45,496 nucleotides of DNA. It comes from Chiloscyllium plagiosum. Its lineage: Eukaryota. How positions within the stretch are numbered: position 1 is the stretch's first letter; each line of letters begins with the position of its first letter. Position numbers and translations under genes: made by a program. Location of the stretch: positions 31,804 through 77,299 of the forward strand of contig NW_025215248.1 of the NCBI RefSeq assembly GCF_004010195.1, in the 5' to 3' direction. Below, one piece after another: positions 1 through 12,379 of this stretch. Below the pieces are notes generated by a model. It was given only the letters and a program-made list of their open reading frames with translations, was not told where the DNA came from and did no database searches.

Positions 1-320
1 GGAAACAGAAAAGGAGCAATAGGCTGTTCCTTCACAGATGGGCTATATTTTTCTATCTGTAAGTTAAATCAGTAACGTTATCAGGCCCCAAACGGGACCA
101 TGTGAGCTCTCCTTGAATATTGTCTGAACTATATGACTCCATCACATTCTCGAGTCCAAGTCAGTGCATTATTGCTGTTGTCATACACCGAATCAATTCA
201 TTAACAATAAATGGCCCTACTTGTTTTGAAGATGTGTTAATATGTGCCTGCACAATGTAAACATAAGCGTTTGATGACTTCACAATATCTGTTTAGGCTG
301 AATATGTTTTATTCTTACAC

Positions 321-418
321 AAATACAGAATTTGCTGGAAAAACGCAGCCTGTCTGGCATCAGATATGAAGAGAAATCAGAGTTCGATTTTTCGGTCCAA
401 TGACTTTTCCTTTGAACC
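321..418 (-). mobile_element. Degenerate short PLE-derived repeat with decayed hammerhead motif
   Basis: Resembles the reverse complement of the other HHR-bearing short repeats here (gctggaaaaacgcagcctgtctggcatc, compare 20341-20371). Ribozyme core is mutated. Confidence 0.5.
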
Positions 419-989
419 TGAATTGTTCTTCAATTATTTCCCCAATTTTATTCTCCCACATAAGAAGAAATATCCATCCGGTATTCACCAACTACACTCT
501 TCTCAATATGTTATACGGTCAATAAAACATCTCTGATTCTCAGGTCGAACTGTTCGTTCTTCGTAACGTAGTACCTTCATCCCTAGAATGAGTAAGGAGA
601 AAGATTTTTGAAACGCTTCGAAAGCAATTTTGTTTTTATCAGTTAAGACAATTATAACGACACATAACACATCAGATGTGACCTCAGCAATGCCCTGTAC
701 TGATGCAAAAATCATCGCTAAGATCAAACACAACACCCCTTACACGAACCAGAATAATTCAATTTACTTCCAAATCACCAGCTGCATCTTCAGAGTAATT
801 TGATGTGATTCATGTACTAAGACGCACAGATCCCTCTGTACCACTCAGTTCTGCATTCTCCTTGCATTTAAATAATTTTCTGCTGCTTTGTCTTTTCCCC
901 AAAACAGAAAATTCCCATCACAGAAATGTTGTACTTTTTTTTCTGCTGAAGGTTTGCTCAAAACTGTCCTGTGTCTGTATGCCATTGCT

Positions 990-1672
990 TGATTCTCTGC
1001 CCCTCCCCTGTCTGTACCCCACTGCAGACGCTCTGCCCTCCCCCTGTCTGTACACCATTGCAGATGATCCGCATTCCCCCTGTCTCTATCCCATTGCAGA
1101 CGCTCTGCCCTCCCCTGTCTGTATCCCATTGCAGACGCTGTGCCCTCCACATTCTGTGTCCCATTGCAGACTCTCTGCCCTTCCTCTGTCTCCATCCCAT
1201 TGCAGACGCTCTGCNNNNNNNNNGCCCTCCCCTGTCTGAATCCCATTGCAGACGCTCTGCCCTCCCCTGTCTGTATCCCATTGCAGACGCTCTGCCCTCC
1301 CCTGCTTGTATCCAATTGCAGATGCTCCCATTGTAGAAGCTCTGCCCCTCCCCTGTTAGTGTCCCATTGCATATGCTCTGCCCTCCCCCGTCTGTATCCC
1401 ATTGCTGACGCTCTATCCTCCCCCTGTCTGTATCATATTGTAGACGGTCTGCCATCCCCCTGTCTGTATTCCACTGTAGACGCTCTGCCGTCCCCTCTCT
1501 GTATCTCATTGCAGACACTCTGCCCTCCCCCGTCTGTATCTCATTGCAGACGCTCTGCCCTCCTCCTGTCTATATCTCATTCCAGATGCTGTTCCCTTTC
1601 CCTGTATGTATCCCATTGCAGACGCTCTACCCTCCCCTGTCTGTATCTCATTGGAGATGCTCTGTGTCCATT
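990..1672. repeat. Minisatellite, 35-36 bp unit, about 19 copies
   Basis: Unit ccattgcagacgctctgccctcccctgtctgtatc starts at e.g. 1091, 1126, 1161. A 9-N gap lies inside the array. Confidence 0.95.
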
Positions 1673-3320
1673 AGACATCTTATTGATTGACTATCCTGAT
1701 ATATGAGCAAACTGAGCTCCATCCCCTTCATCCAATTCATTGCTGTGGATTGTAATTTGTTGATGACCTCACACAGATCCCTGAAGAATTCCATTAGTTA
1801 CAGATTGCCAAAAATAAAATGAGTAATGATCTCTTCTCTGTTTTGCCTGATGCTGCCCAAGGCGCCCCTGCTCCTGCGTAACAGCCTGGGATAGTTATAT
1901 GGCGTCCTCCTGTGCTGTGTAATTTACTGAAATGATTTGCATACTTCATTCTATTCCTGTCTAACCCCATAGAGGTGCATTATGGCCTGCCCCTGCTGTA
2001 TTATCACGATGCTCACTGACTGAATGGGATCTTTCTCTCCCTCTGTCACAGCCTTGGGGGTGAATTGACAGAACAACGGATGAGGTAGGAGCAGCAGTTG
2101 GTCATTCGTCCCCTTCAACTTGCTGCTCAGATTAGAAACATCATGGCTGGTCTGATTGTAACTGAATACCCCTTTCCTGTCAGTTCCCAATAAACATTGA
2201 CCCTCCTGTCCATCAACGGGTCAGTCAAGGTCAACCTTGAATATCCTCAATGACCCAGACTTCACTGTTCTCGGGGGATGAGAACGCCACAGATCGCATA
2301 ATCCAAAGGAGAAAGGAGCAACGTTATATCAAATGGAAATGGGAGACCCCTTTTATAATGAAGCGTGTTAACCTCACAGCACGTCACCTACTCTTTTCAG
2401 AAACAGGGGCACAGCAAATAGGAACAAACATACGACATTCAGCCCCTCAAACGTATCCCACAGTCCCATCGACTGTACAGTGAACTATTTATCAAACTTA
2501 GCTTCTTCTGCACCCTTGGAAAATAATCCTGACACCTTAAAGCCACAGAGCATAATAAATTGGAATTAGGCCATTTGGCCCATCAAGTCTACTTTGCTAT
2601 TTGATTCTGTCGGGTGTGTTTCTCAACACATCTTTCCCGCCTTCTCACTGTAACTCTNNNNNNNNNNNNNNNNNNNNNNNNNNNNNNNNNNNNNNNNNNN
2701 NNNNNNNNNNNNNNNNNNNNNNNNNNNNNNNNNNNNNNNNNNNNNNNNNNNNNNNNNNNNNNNNNNNNNNNNNNNNNNNNNNNNNNNNNNNNNNNNNNNN
2801 NNNNNNNNNNNNNNNNNNNNNNNNNNNNNNNNNNNNNNNNNNNNNNNNNNNNNNNNNNNNNNNNNNNNNNNNNNNNNNNNNNNNNNNNNNNNNNNNNNNN
2901 NNNNNNNNNNNNNNNNNNNNNNNNNNNNNNNNNNNNNNNNNNNNNNNNNNNNNNNNNNNNNNNNNNNNNNNNNNNNNNNNNNNNNNNNNNNNNNNNNNNN
3001 NNNNNNNNNNNNNNNNNNNNNNNNNNNNNNNNNNNNNNNNNNNNNNNNNNNNNNNNNNNNNNNNNNNNNNNNNNNNNNNNNNNNNNNNNNNNNNNNNNNN
3101 NNNNNNNNNNNNNNNNNNNNNNNNNNNNNNNNNNNNNNNNNNNNNNNNNNNNNNNNNNNNNNNNNNNNNNNNNNNNNNNNNNNNNNNNNNNNNNNNNNNN
3201 NNNNNNNNNNNNNNNNNNNNNNNNNNNNNNNNNNNNNNNNNNNNNNNNNNNNNNNNNNNNNNNNNNNNNNNNNNNNNNNNNNNNNNNNNNNNNNNNNNNN
3301 NNNNNNNNNNNNNNNNNNNN

Positions 3321-4484
3321 CATGCTGTGACACACCTCCACAGGACATGACTCAACTCCACCTTCTGCAGAGATAGGAGCACTATCAGACAGTCAGGGAC
3401 TGGAATCGAATCCAGAGCTCCGGCTCAGAAAAGTGGGCACCATCCATTAAACAAGGCCGAAATCATGCACGGATTTCGGGTCAAATTTGAAGTGTGTGGA
3501 TTTATTAAATGCTGGTTAACATTACCAAATTATACAGCGGACATTTCAAATTGAAAAAAGAAGTACAAGTTATTAGCCTCAACTAAACGATATTGAGTGC
3601 ATTCGCTGTGCCATTGAGATAACCAATGAACATCTTCAATTGCTTGGCTATGATTTCCAGTTTAAATGGCTATTATCAGTAGTCTGCTATATTAGAGAAA
3701 GACATCATGCAGACACACTCTACATTATGAAGGATCTCGAGTAGATATCAATACTGAACACCAGAGATGAGACAGGAGCACAATTCTGGGCCCAAAACAC
3801 CGGTCACCATTTCAAATCTCTATCATGTGGCTTCCCTCTTCCTAAAATCATTCATTGATACGAGGCAACTGTTTCCTTTCCAGATTTTGCTTACCGACTC
3901 CTCCCTCTGCCTGCACAAGGCAAACTAAGCTCTGGGTCTTTGGGAAACTCAAGGCTGGTGTTTGTAGGCCTTCTGGAGAGGGGATTGTCGTTTTAATCTG
4001 AACGGGGAGTGTGATGGGGCAGTAATATCATTCACTGCGCTCAGGTGTGGCAGTTGGAGTTTAACATGGATACATGTGAGGCATTGCATTTTTTAAAAAA
4101 AACAAACAAGGGGAGGGATTATACAATTAATGCTGGGCTTTGGTCGTTATATAGAAAAGAGGGACCCAGGAGCGCAGGTATAATTCTTTGAAGTTGGTGG
4201 CTTAGGGTGTTTAAGGTTACTTCATTGCAGATACCTTAGAGGTTAGAAGTTGGGAAATCATGCTGAGATTGTGCTGAATATTGATAAAGCCTCTTCTGAA
4301 GTACTGTGTGCAGTTCTGTTATGGGAATGAGATTATTAAGTTGGAGAGGGTTCCGAAGAGATTTACCAGGATGTTACCAGTAACACCTCATCTTCTGCCT
4401 CGGGAGCCAACTAACTCACGGCATGAACATTGGATTCACTGGTTTACAAATCTCCCCTGGCCAACCCAGATCCCAGATCCAACC
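3321..4484. repeat. Near-identical copy of 4919-6081, gap-bounded, probable assembly or allelic duplication
   Basis: Same sequence at offset about 1598 with scattered SNPs. This copy is an entire contig between two N gaps. Confidence 0.9.
4045..4380 (+). mobile_element. CR1 LINE RT fragment (repeated at about 5643-5978)
   Basis: WQxEFNxDTCEALHF and KPLLKYCVQF...IKLERVPKRFTRMLP are CR1 ORF2 C-terminal motifs. Confidence 0.85.
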
Positions 4485-5977
4485 NNNNNNNNNNNNNNNN
4501 NNNNNNNNNNNNNNNNNNNNNNNNNNNNNNNNNNNNNNNNNNNNNNNNNNNNNNNNNNNNNNNNNNNNNNNNNNNNNNNNNNNNNNNNNNNNNNNNNNNN
4601 NNNNNNNNNNNNNNNNNNNNNNNNATAATTTTATAAACCTCTAGAAAGTGTAAATGTGACTCCAATCAAGACGGTTGGCTGTGTTTTCAGTCATCCTGTG
4701 TCTATAGTCTCAAACTCAGTAGCTGTACCTCTTCTTTCTCCATCAAGGCACGATTCCAAAAAGGTTTAACCAACTTGTTCAGACATATTATGAAACAGCT
4801 CTGTGGGATTTGGAACTAGAATTTTCGGCGCAGTGATCGGGACACTACCATCTTTGAACATTAGCCCCTAAAGCTGAAACATGATGCTCCTGTGTGTTTG
4901 TTCATCAGCCTGTTGTACCATGCTGTGACACACCTCCACAGGACATGACTCCACTCCACCTTCTGCAGAGATAGGGGCACTATCAGACAGTCAGGGACTG
5001 GAATCGAATCCAGAGCTCCGGCTCAGAAAAGTGGGCACCATCCATTAAACAAGGCCTAAATCATGCACGGATTTCGGGTCAAATTTGAAGTGTGTGGATT
5101 TATTAAATGCTGGTTAACATTACCAAATTATACAGCGGACATTTCAAATTGAAAAAAGAAGTACAAGTTATTAGCCTCAACTAAACGATATTGAGTGCAT
5201 TCGCTGTGCCATTGAGATAACCAATGAACATCTTCAATTGCTTGGCTATGATTTCCGGTTTAAATGGCTATTATCAGTAGTCTGCTATATTAGAGAAAGA
5301 CATCATGCAGGCACACTCTACATTATGAAGGATCTCGAGTAGATATCAATACTGAACACCAGAGATGAGACAGGAGCACAATTCTGGGCCCAAAACACCG
5401 GTCACCATTTCAAATCTCTATCATGCGGCTTCCCTCCTCCTAAAATCATTCATTGATACAAGGCAACTGGTTCCTTTCCAGTTTTTGCTTACCGACTCCT
5501 CCCTCTGCCTGCACAAGTCAAACTAAGCTCTGGGTCTTTGGGAAACTCAAGGCTGGTGTTTGTAGGCCTTCTGGAGAGGGGATTGTCGTTTTAATCTGAA
5601 CGGGGAGTGTGATGGGGCAGTAATATCATTCACTGCGCTCAGGTGTGGCAGATGGAGTTTAACATGGATACATGTGAGGCATTGCATTTTTAAAAAAAAC
5701 AAACAAGGGGAGGGATTATACAATTAATGCTGGGCTTTGGTAGTTATATAGAAAAGAGGGACCCAGGGGCGCAGGTATAATTCTTTGAAGTTGGTGGCTT
5801 AGGGTGTTTAAGGTTACTTCATTGCAGATACCTTAGAGGTTAGAAGTTGGGAAATCATGCTGAGATTGTGCTGGATATTGATAAAGCCTCTTCTGAAGTA
5901 CTGTGTGCAGTTCTTTTATGTGAATGAGATTATTAAGTTGGAGAGGGTTCCGAAGAGATTTACCTGGATATTACCAG

Positions 5978-6270
5978 TAACATCTCATCTTCTGCGTCGG
6001 GAGCCAACTAACTCACGGCATGAACATTGGATTCACTGGTTTACAAATCTCCCCTGGCAAACCCAGATCCCAGATCCAACCCCCAGACTAAATTCTGCCC
6101 TCTCGAGGAGACCTAATGTCCATCTTCCTTCCCACCATCTGCTCCACACACTCCCCACCGATCTATCACTATCACCTCCTATCTTCACTCACCTATGACT
6201 TATCTTTCCCCCAGCATCACCCTATCACCCATTTTCTGTTAGCCCCTTCTCCCAGTCCTGAAGAAAGGGA
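5978..6270 (+). mobile_element. 3' fragment of a Penelope-like element (GIY-YIG C-terminus plus C-rich 3' UTR)
   Basis: Decayed HLIFxxGS..THGMNIGF motif, pyrimidine-rich UTR, ending in a truncated HHR start (cctgaagaaaggg). Partial duplicate at 4381-4484. Confidence 0.6.
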
Positions 6271-6750
6271 TATATTCTTCTCAGATCATGGACGATAAAA
6301 GTTCTCTCAATGTCCTTCTGACATTGCAGTGCCTGATCAGTGGATACAGAATGTATGTTTCAATTTATAAACGGAGAAGCATGCTTATATTCTGATAAAC
6401 CTCTGGCATTGCTCCCAAATCCAAGGCAGATTGAATGCTGACACAAGATTGATCTACCAGACACAACATTTGTTCCCTCATTCACCCCCACATATCCCAT
6501 CCTGAATATGTAAATTTTAATCATAATTTGGAATTTCAGTAAAAAGTATTTAATTGAAATGGGTTAACGGGAGGTATTTGTTCAGCGACTGTGATTGATG
6601 TCAGTCTCCGTGCATCCTAAGTTTCTCACTGGAGGGCATTCTTCTTCTATTAATGAGGGACTCGGTTCAATGTGTTATCCCATAGTATCAGCGGGAGCAT
6701 CAACGACAGCACGAACAGGCATCAGCAGACCCAGAGAGATGGGGAGGAGA

Positions 6751-6918
6751 GATCAGAATCTGAGAACATTATTCTGGAATGTTGCAACAATTGATCAGGA
6801 TCTGAGAACATTAGACTGGAATGTTCCAACAATGGATCAGAATCTGACAACATTCGACTGAAATGTTCCCGCAATGGATCAAAATCTGAGAACATTCGGC
6901 TGAAATGTTCCAACAATG
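6751..6918 (+). repeat. Four tandem 42-bp (14-codon) units, DQNLRTLDWNVPTM-like
   Basis: Units start at 6751, 6793, 6835, 6877. They are in frame with ATG 6739 and ATG 6916. TGA stops at 6859-6861 and 6901-6903. Confidence 0.95.
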
Positions 6919-7048
6919 GACAGGAGTTTATCCGAGGGTCTTTACTGTCTTTCTCGGCCTTGTATCTCATTAGTTTTGCGGATCTATGATATACTGATGG
7001 TTATTCAACTTGGTTACTATCCAATTCTCGCTATATTTGGTGTTCCTG
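6916..7048 (+). CDS. First coding exon of a probable class A GPCR (elasmobranch GPR139-like family), copy 1; may be an orphan exon
   Basis: MDRSLSEG...DILMVIQLGYYPILAIFGVP then a phase-1 donor G|GTAATT just before where the TM1 Asn is expected. A paralog at 23170-23339 conserves YYPILAIxGVP and the donor. Confidence 0.7.
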
Positions 7049-7589
7049 GTAATTCATTCTATCTGTTCATTAAGCCAGGTTGGACTGAATTGCTGCATAT
7101 ATTATTTAAAATTTAGAAAGATGGATGTCAACATTTTCAATTCCAATGAAATATTCCATTCCTCACAAATTGTATCGAGCAAATTACTCATGACAAATTA
7201 CTGACCAATTTGTGAGGAGAACCAGACTGTTCTCAAACTCCATAATCCTCCTAGCCCTGCACAGATCTACATTTCTATATCCTCCCCACTCACTAATCAT
7301 GTCCAATACCACTATCATGATATCCCCATCTCCTCCTCTGCCTCAGCGAAACTTCTGAATAAACCATCAATTGTGCCTTTGTTAAACCTGGATACAATTC
7401 ATCAAGTCCCTTGTAACCACATGTCAATTGCAGAACAATTCCTCTGAGTATGTTGAACTTGATTGCTGCACAGATTTTGTCAGACAGGCAGACACTTCAT
7501 GCTGCTTAGGTCATTGACACATAATCGAGAGGCACAGAATAATAATCTGTTGATATCACATGAACTGAAACTATCATTATTTGTGAGAA

Positions 7590-7780
7590 GAGGCCCATCT
7601 GCTTGCTTCATGTCCTTCAGAGAAGTCAATGCGTTATCCTTCCCCAGTCATGTCTGGGCAAACCCAAAGCAATGTGTTTTAATCTTGACTGTCCTGTGGA
7701 ACAGCTGAACCAGTCACTCAGTTCAAGTTCAGCATAACATGCTGGCTTGACCATGGCTGCACACATCCCGTGATAGAAAG
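7590..7780 (+). mobile_element. Old SINE 3' fragment (paralog at about 23905-24095)
   Basis: Similar to the 3' half of the SINE at 30544-30880 (catctg...atgtcctt.ag.gaag...tcctt). Confidence 0.55.
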
Positions 7781-8154
7781 AACAAAAGTAAAGTTAATTC
7801 CCTTCCTCTGCCTGTTTGCCTTATTTCTACACTTCATTTAATTTCAGGTAGGTGACCATTCCCTATTTCAAGTGCAATCTTTCTGACTGAGTCTCTCCCC
7901 AAGAGTGATGTTCATTTCCACAGGCACCTTTGGTGCTGGCTTTACTGATGCTGACATGCAGGTGTAAGGAACTTTTAAATTCCACAACAGTGGCAGTGCA
8001 TAATAAAGATACGGAGACCAGTAAGTGAGGGAACGGAATTATTGTGATCATCACTGAGAGTGTAGTTGAGGCAGTATTTGGGGTATTATGGACAGATTTT
8101 TCTCCTTTAACAGGAATTATCTCATTGCAGTAGTGGCTCTGTAAAGGAATTTCA

Positions 8155-11100
8155 CGAGACTCCTCGCTGGGCTGTTGCTTCCCTGGTGCCAAGATCAAGG
8201 ATGTCTCAGAAAGGGTGCAGAATGTTCTCACGGGGGAGAGGGGCCAGCAAGAGGTCATTGTCCAAATTGGAACCAACGACATAGGAAGGGAAAAGTTTGA
8301 GATTATGGACGGAGATTGCAGGGTGATACGCAGAAACTTAAAAATGAGGTTCTTGAGAGTAGCAATATCTGGATTACTCCCGGCGCTACACGCTAGTGAG
8401 GGCAGGAATAGAGGGAAAGAGCAGATGAATGCATGGCTGTTGAGCTGGTGTATGGGAGAAGAATTCACATTTTTGGATCACTGGAATCTCTTTTGGGGTA
8501 GAAGGAACCTGTACCAGAAGGACGCAGTGCAGCCAAAATGGAAGGGGACGAATATACTGGCATGGAGATTTGCAAGAGCTGCTCGGGAGGATTTAAACTA
8601 GTAAAGGTGGGGGGGGGGGGTGTTGGGGGCAGGGAGATAGTGAGGAAATAGATCAATCTGAGAGTGATACAATTGGGAACAGAAACGAGTCAAACAGTCA
8701 GGGCAGGCAGGGACAAGGTAGGACTAACAAAGTAAACTGCATTTATTTCAATGCAAAGGGGCCGAAAAGGGAAGGCAGATGAACTCAGGGCATGGTTAGG
8801 AAAATGGGACTGGAATATCATAGCAATTACAGAAACATGGCTCAGGGATGGACAGGACTGGCAGCTAAATGTTCCAGGATACAAATGCTACAGGCAAGAT
8901 AGAAGGGAGGCAGGACAGGAGGGGGAGTGGGGTTTTTGATTAGGGACAGCATTATAGCTGTACTGAGGGAGGATATTCCTGGAAATACATCCGGGGAAGT
9001 TATTTGGTTAGAACTGAAAAATATGAAACGGGATAATCACCATATTGGGATTGTATTATAGACTCCCTAATAGTTAGATGCAAATTGTGAAACAAACTTG
9101 TAAGGAGATCTCAGCTATCTGTAAGAAAGTAGGGTGATTATGGTAGGAGATTTTAACTTTACAAACATAGAATGGGATTGCCATAGCGTTAAGAGTCCAG
9201 ATGGAGAGGAATTTATTAAGTGTGTGCAAGAAAATTTTCTGATTCAGAATGTTAATGAACATTCTAAAGAAGGTGCAAAACATGACCCACTGTGGGGAAA
9301 TAAGGCAGGGCAGGTGACTGAAGTGTCAGTGGAGATGCACTATGGGGCCAGCTACCATAGTTCTATTAGATTTAAAATAATTATGGAACAGGATAGACCA
9401 GATCTTAAAGTTGAATTTCTAAATTGGAGAAAGGCTAATTTTGACAGTATTTGGCAAGAACTTTCTAAACCTGATTGGGGGCAGATGTTCACAGGTAAAC
9501 GGACGGACGGAAAATGGGAAGTCTTCAGAAATGAGATAACAAGAATCCAGAGAAAGTATATTCCTGTTAGGATGAAAAGAAAGGCTGGTAGTATAGGGAT
9601 TCCTGGCGAACTAAAGAGTTTGATTAATAAAACGAAGGAACCCATGTGTCAGGTATAGACAGGATAGATCGAGCGAATCCTTAGCAGAGTATAAAGGCAG
9701 TAGGAGTATGCTTAAGAGGGAAATCAGGAGGGCAAAAAGGAGACATGAGATAGCTTTAGCAAGTAGAATTAAGGAGACTCCAAAGGATTTTTACAAATAC
9801 ATTATGGACAAAATCAAATCTAGGAAGAGAATAGAGCCCCTCAAAGATCAGCAAGACAGCCCTTGTGTGGAGCTGCGGGAAATGGGGGAGATACTAAACG
9901 ATTATTTTGCATTAGTATTTACATTGAAAACGGATATGGAAGATACAGAATGTCAGGAAATATATGGTCACACGTTCAAAAATGTCCATATTACAGAGGA
10001 GGAAGTGTTGGATGTCTTGAAACGTGTAAAGGTGGATAAATCCCCACGACCCGAACAGGTGTACCATAGAACTCTGTAGGAAGCTAGAGAAGTGACTGCT
10101 GGGCTCCTTGCTGAGACTTTTGTACCGTTGATAGTCACAGGAGAGGTGCCAGAAGACTGGAGTTTGGCAAACGTGGTGCCACTGTTTAAGAAGGGTGGTA
10201 CGGATAAGCCATGGATCTATAGGCCAGTGAGCCTGACGTCGGTTGTGAGCAAGCTGTTGAAGGGAATCCTGAAGGACAGGATGTACATGCATTTGGAAAG
10301 ACAAGGACTGATTAGGGATAGTCAACATGGCTTTGTGCGTGGNNNNNNNNNNNNNNNNNNNNNNNNNNNNNNNNGTGGAGGGTTGTTTTTCAGACTGGAG
10401 GCCTGTGATAAGTGCTGGGTCCTCTATTTTTTATCATTTACATAAATGATTTGGATGCGAGCGTAAGAGGTACAGTTAGTAAGTTTGCAGATGACAACAT
10501 AATTGGAGATGTAGTGGACAGCGAAGATGGTTTCCTCAGAGTACAACAGGATCTTGATCAGATGGGCTAATGGGGAAGTGGCAGATGGAGTTTAATTCAA
10601 ATAAATGCGAGGTGCTGCATTTGGGAAAGCAAATTTTAGAAGGACTTATACACTTAATAGCAAGGTCCTTGGGAGTGTTGCTGAACAAACAGACCTTGGA
10701 GTGCAGGTTCAGGGCTCCTTGAAAGTGGAGTCACAGGTAGATAGAATAGTTAAGGCGGTGTTTGTTATGCTTTCCTTTATTGGTTAGAGTATTGAGTATT
10801 GGAGTTGTGAGGTCATGTTGCGGCTGTACGGGAAACTGGTTAGGCCACTGTTGGAATATTCCGTGGAATTCTGGTCTCCTTCCCATCGGAAATATGTTGC
10901 GAAAATTGAAAGGGTTCAGGAAAGATTTACAAGGATGTTGACAGGGTTGGAGGATTTGAGGTATAAGGAGAGGCTGTACAGGATGGGGCTGTTTTCCCTT
11001 GAGCGTTGGAAGCTGAAGGGTGACCTTCTCGAGATGTACAAAATTGTGAAGGGCATGGAGAGGATAAGTGGATAAAGTATTTTCCCTGGCGTCGGGACGT

Positions 11101-11657
11101 CCAGACCTAAAGGGCATAGGTTTAGGGTGAGAGGAGAAAGATTTTGGGTGGCACAGTGGATAGCAATGCTGCCTCACAACACCAGACACTCGGGTCCAAT
11201 TCCCGCCTCAGGCTGTATGGAGTTTGCACATTCTCCCTATGTCTGTGTCGATTTCCTCCCACAACCCAAAAGTGTGCAGGCTAGGTTAATTTGCTATGCT
11301 AAATTGCCCGTAGTGTTAGGTTTAAGGGGTAAATGCAGGGATCTGGGTGGGTTGCGCTTTGGCGGGTCAGTATGGATTTGTTTCCACACTTTAAAAAACG
11401 TAAAAGAAACCTAAGGGGCAACTTTTTCACACAGACGGTGGTACGTGTATGGAATGAGCTGCCAGAGGATGTGGTGGAGGCTGGTACAATTGCAGCATTT
11501 AAAAGGCATTTGGATTGTTATATGAATAGGAAGGTTTCGAGGGATATGGGCCGGGTGCGGGCGGGTGGGACTAGTTTGGGTTGGGATATCTGCTTGACAT
11601 GGACGGATTGGACTGAAAGGTCTGTTTCCATGCTGTACATCTCTATGCCCCTATAAC
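8155..11657 (+). mobile_element. 5'-truncated CR1 LINE: ORF1 SGNH esterase C-terminus plus ORF2 APE endonuclease/RT, decayed
   Basis: ORF1 VIVQIGTND ending at 8601. ORF2 IIAITETWL, MVGDFNF, DKSPRPE, WSLANVVPLFKKG, YRPVSLTSVVSK, SQHGF, SKFADD, RPLLEYSVEFWSP. 3' UTR ends ctctatgcccctataac. Many stops and frameshifts. Confidence 0.95.
11146..11390 (+). mobile_element. HE1-like tRNA-derived V-SINE nested in the CR1
   Basis: ggtggcacagtgg A-box-like head, ccaattcccgcc B-box remnant, ggagtttgcacattctccc core, tgtttccacact tail. Interrupts CR1 between gaaagattt and aaaagaaacctaagggg. Confidence 0.9.
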
Positions 11658-12379
11658 TCACATAGTGAGTTCGTAAATGCAATTAGTGTGAATGGTATTT
11701 GGAGCAATATGTGTAATTGGAAAGTTAAAGTTACATTGGAGTTTGTTTAAGGGAATTGGAATATAGAGGTAAAGACATCATGAAGCAGTTGCATAGAGTG
11801 TTGGTGAGAGTGTACCTGAGGTATTGAGTGAAGTGTTGGTGACCTAATCTAAGAAAGATTACACTGATCAAAGGAAGTGCAATGGACATTCTCCAGATTA
11901 ATTCCTGAGATGACAAGATTTTTTGGTGGGGAGATTTGTCTTGCGACCTCTCCAGTTTCAAAGCATGAGAGGTGATCGCAGTGATATTTCAAAAATCTAT
12001 GATACATGTGATGAGGTGTAAATAAATTGGATGTTTCACTAGCTGTCCACTCTATATTTAAGGCAAATAATGACAGGATAAAGGATATGCCATTTAAGAC
12101 AATAATTAGGAGGAAATTCTTCCCTTGGAGGGGACTGACTAACACAGGGGCATTGAGGCCTGTTGGCAGGGCGAGATTAAGGAGAATCCCCAGATATTCT
12201 TCACGTATATCAAGTGGAACAGAACAACCAGGGAACATATATAAGGCCTATCAGTGAACTGCCAAGTTGCATTCCAACTCAACTTCATGGTGGAAGGGTG
12301 TTTGTGTGACTGGAGCCCAATTTCCCTGGCGGAATGCAGAGGTCAGTGCAGTGTCCCTTATTATTTGTAGTATTCATAA
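11658..12379 (+). mobile_element. Older CR1-type LINE fragments (paralogous to 33895-34629)
   Basis: Decayed CR1 RT motifs. Aligns with the second duplication block (gagttcgtaaatgca..., gtgtcccttattatttgt). Confidence 0.7.

Noticed and set aside
503..736. Hydrophobic 77-aa minus-strand ORF
   Set aside because: Non-ATG start, no recognisable motif, no supported splice structure.
990..1672. CRISPR-like array, or Cys/Pro-rich ORFs at 805-1706
   Set aside because: Units are contiguous tandem copies with no unique spacers and no cas genes. ORFs in several frames are by-products of the repeat.
2589..3382. Long ORFs across N runs (also near 14.5, 17.4, 27.3 and 35.0 kb)
   Set aside because: Artefacts of assembly gaps.
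6859..6903. In-frame TGAs as selenocysteine or programmed read-through
   Set aside because: They align with TGG (Trp) in sister units, so a G-to-A change followed by unit duplication is simpler. No SECIS evidence.
7863..8468. 201-aa minus-strand ORF
   Set aside because: Half is antisense to CR1 ORF1. The rest is not kept as the same reading frame in the paralog near 24130-24480.
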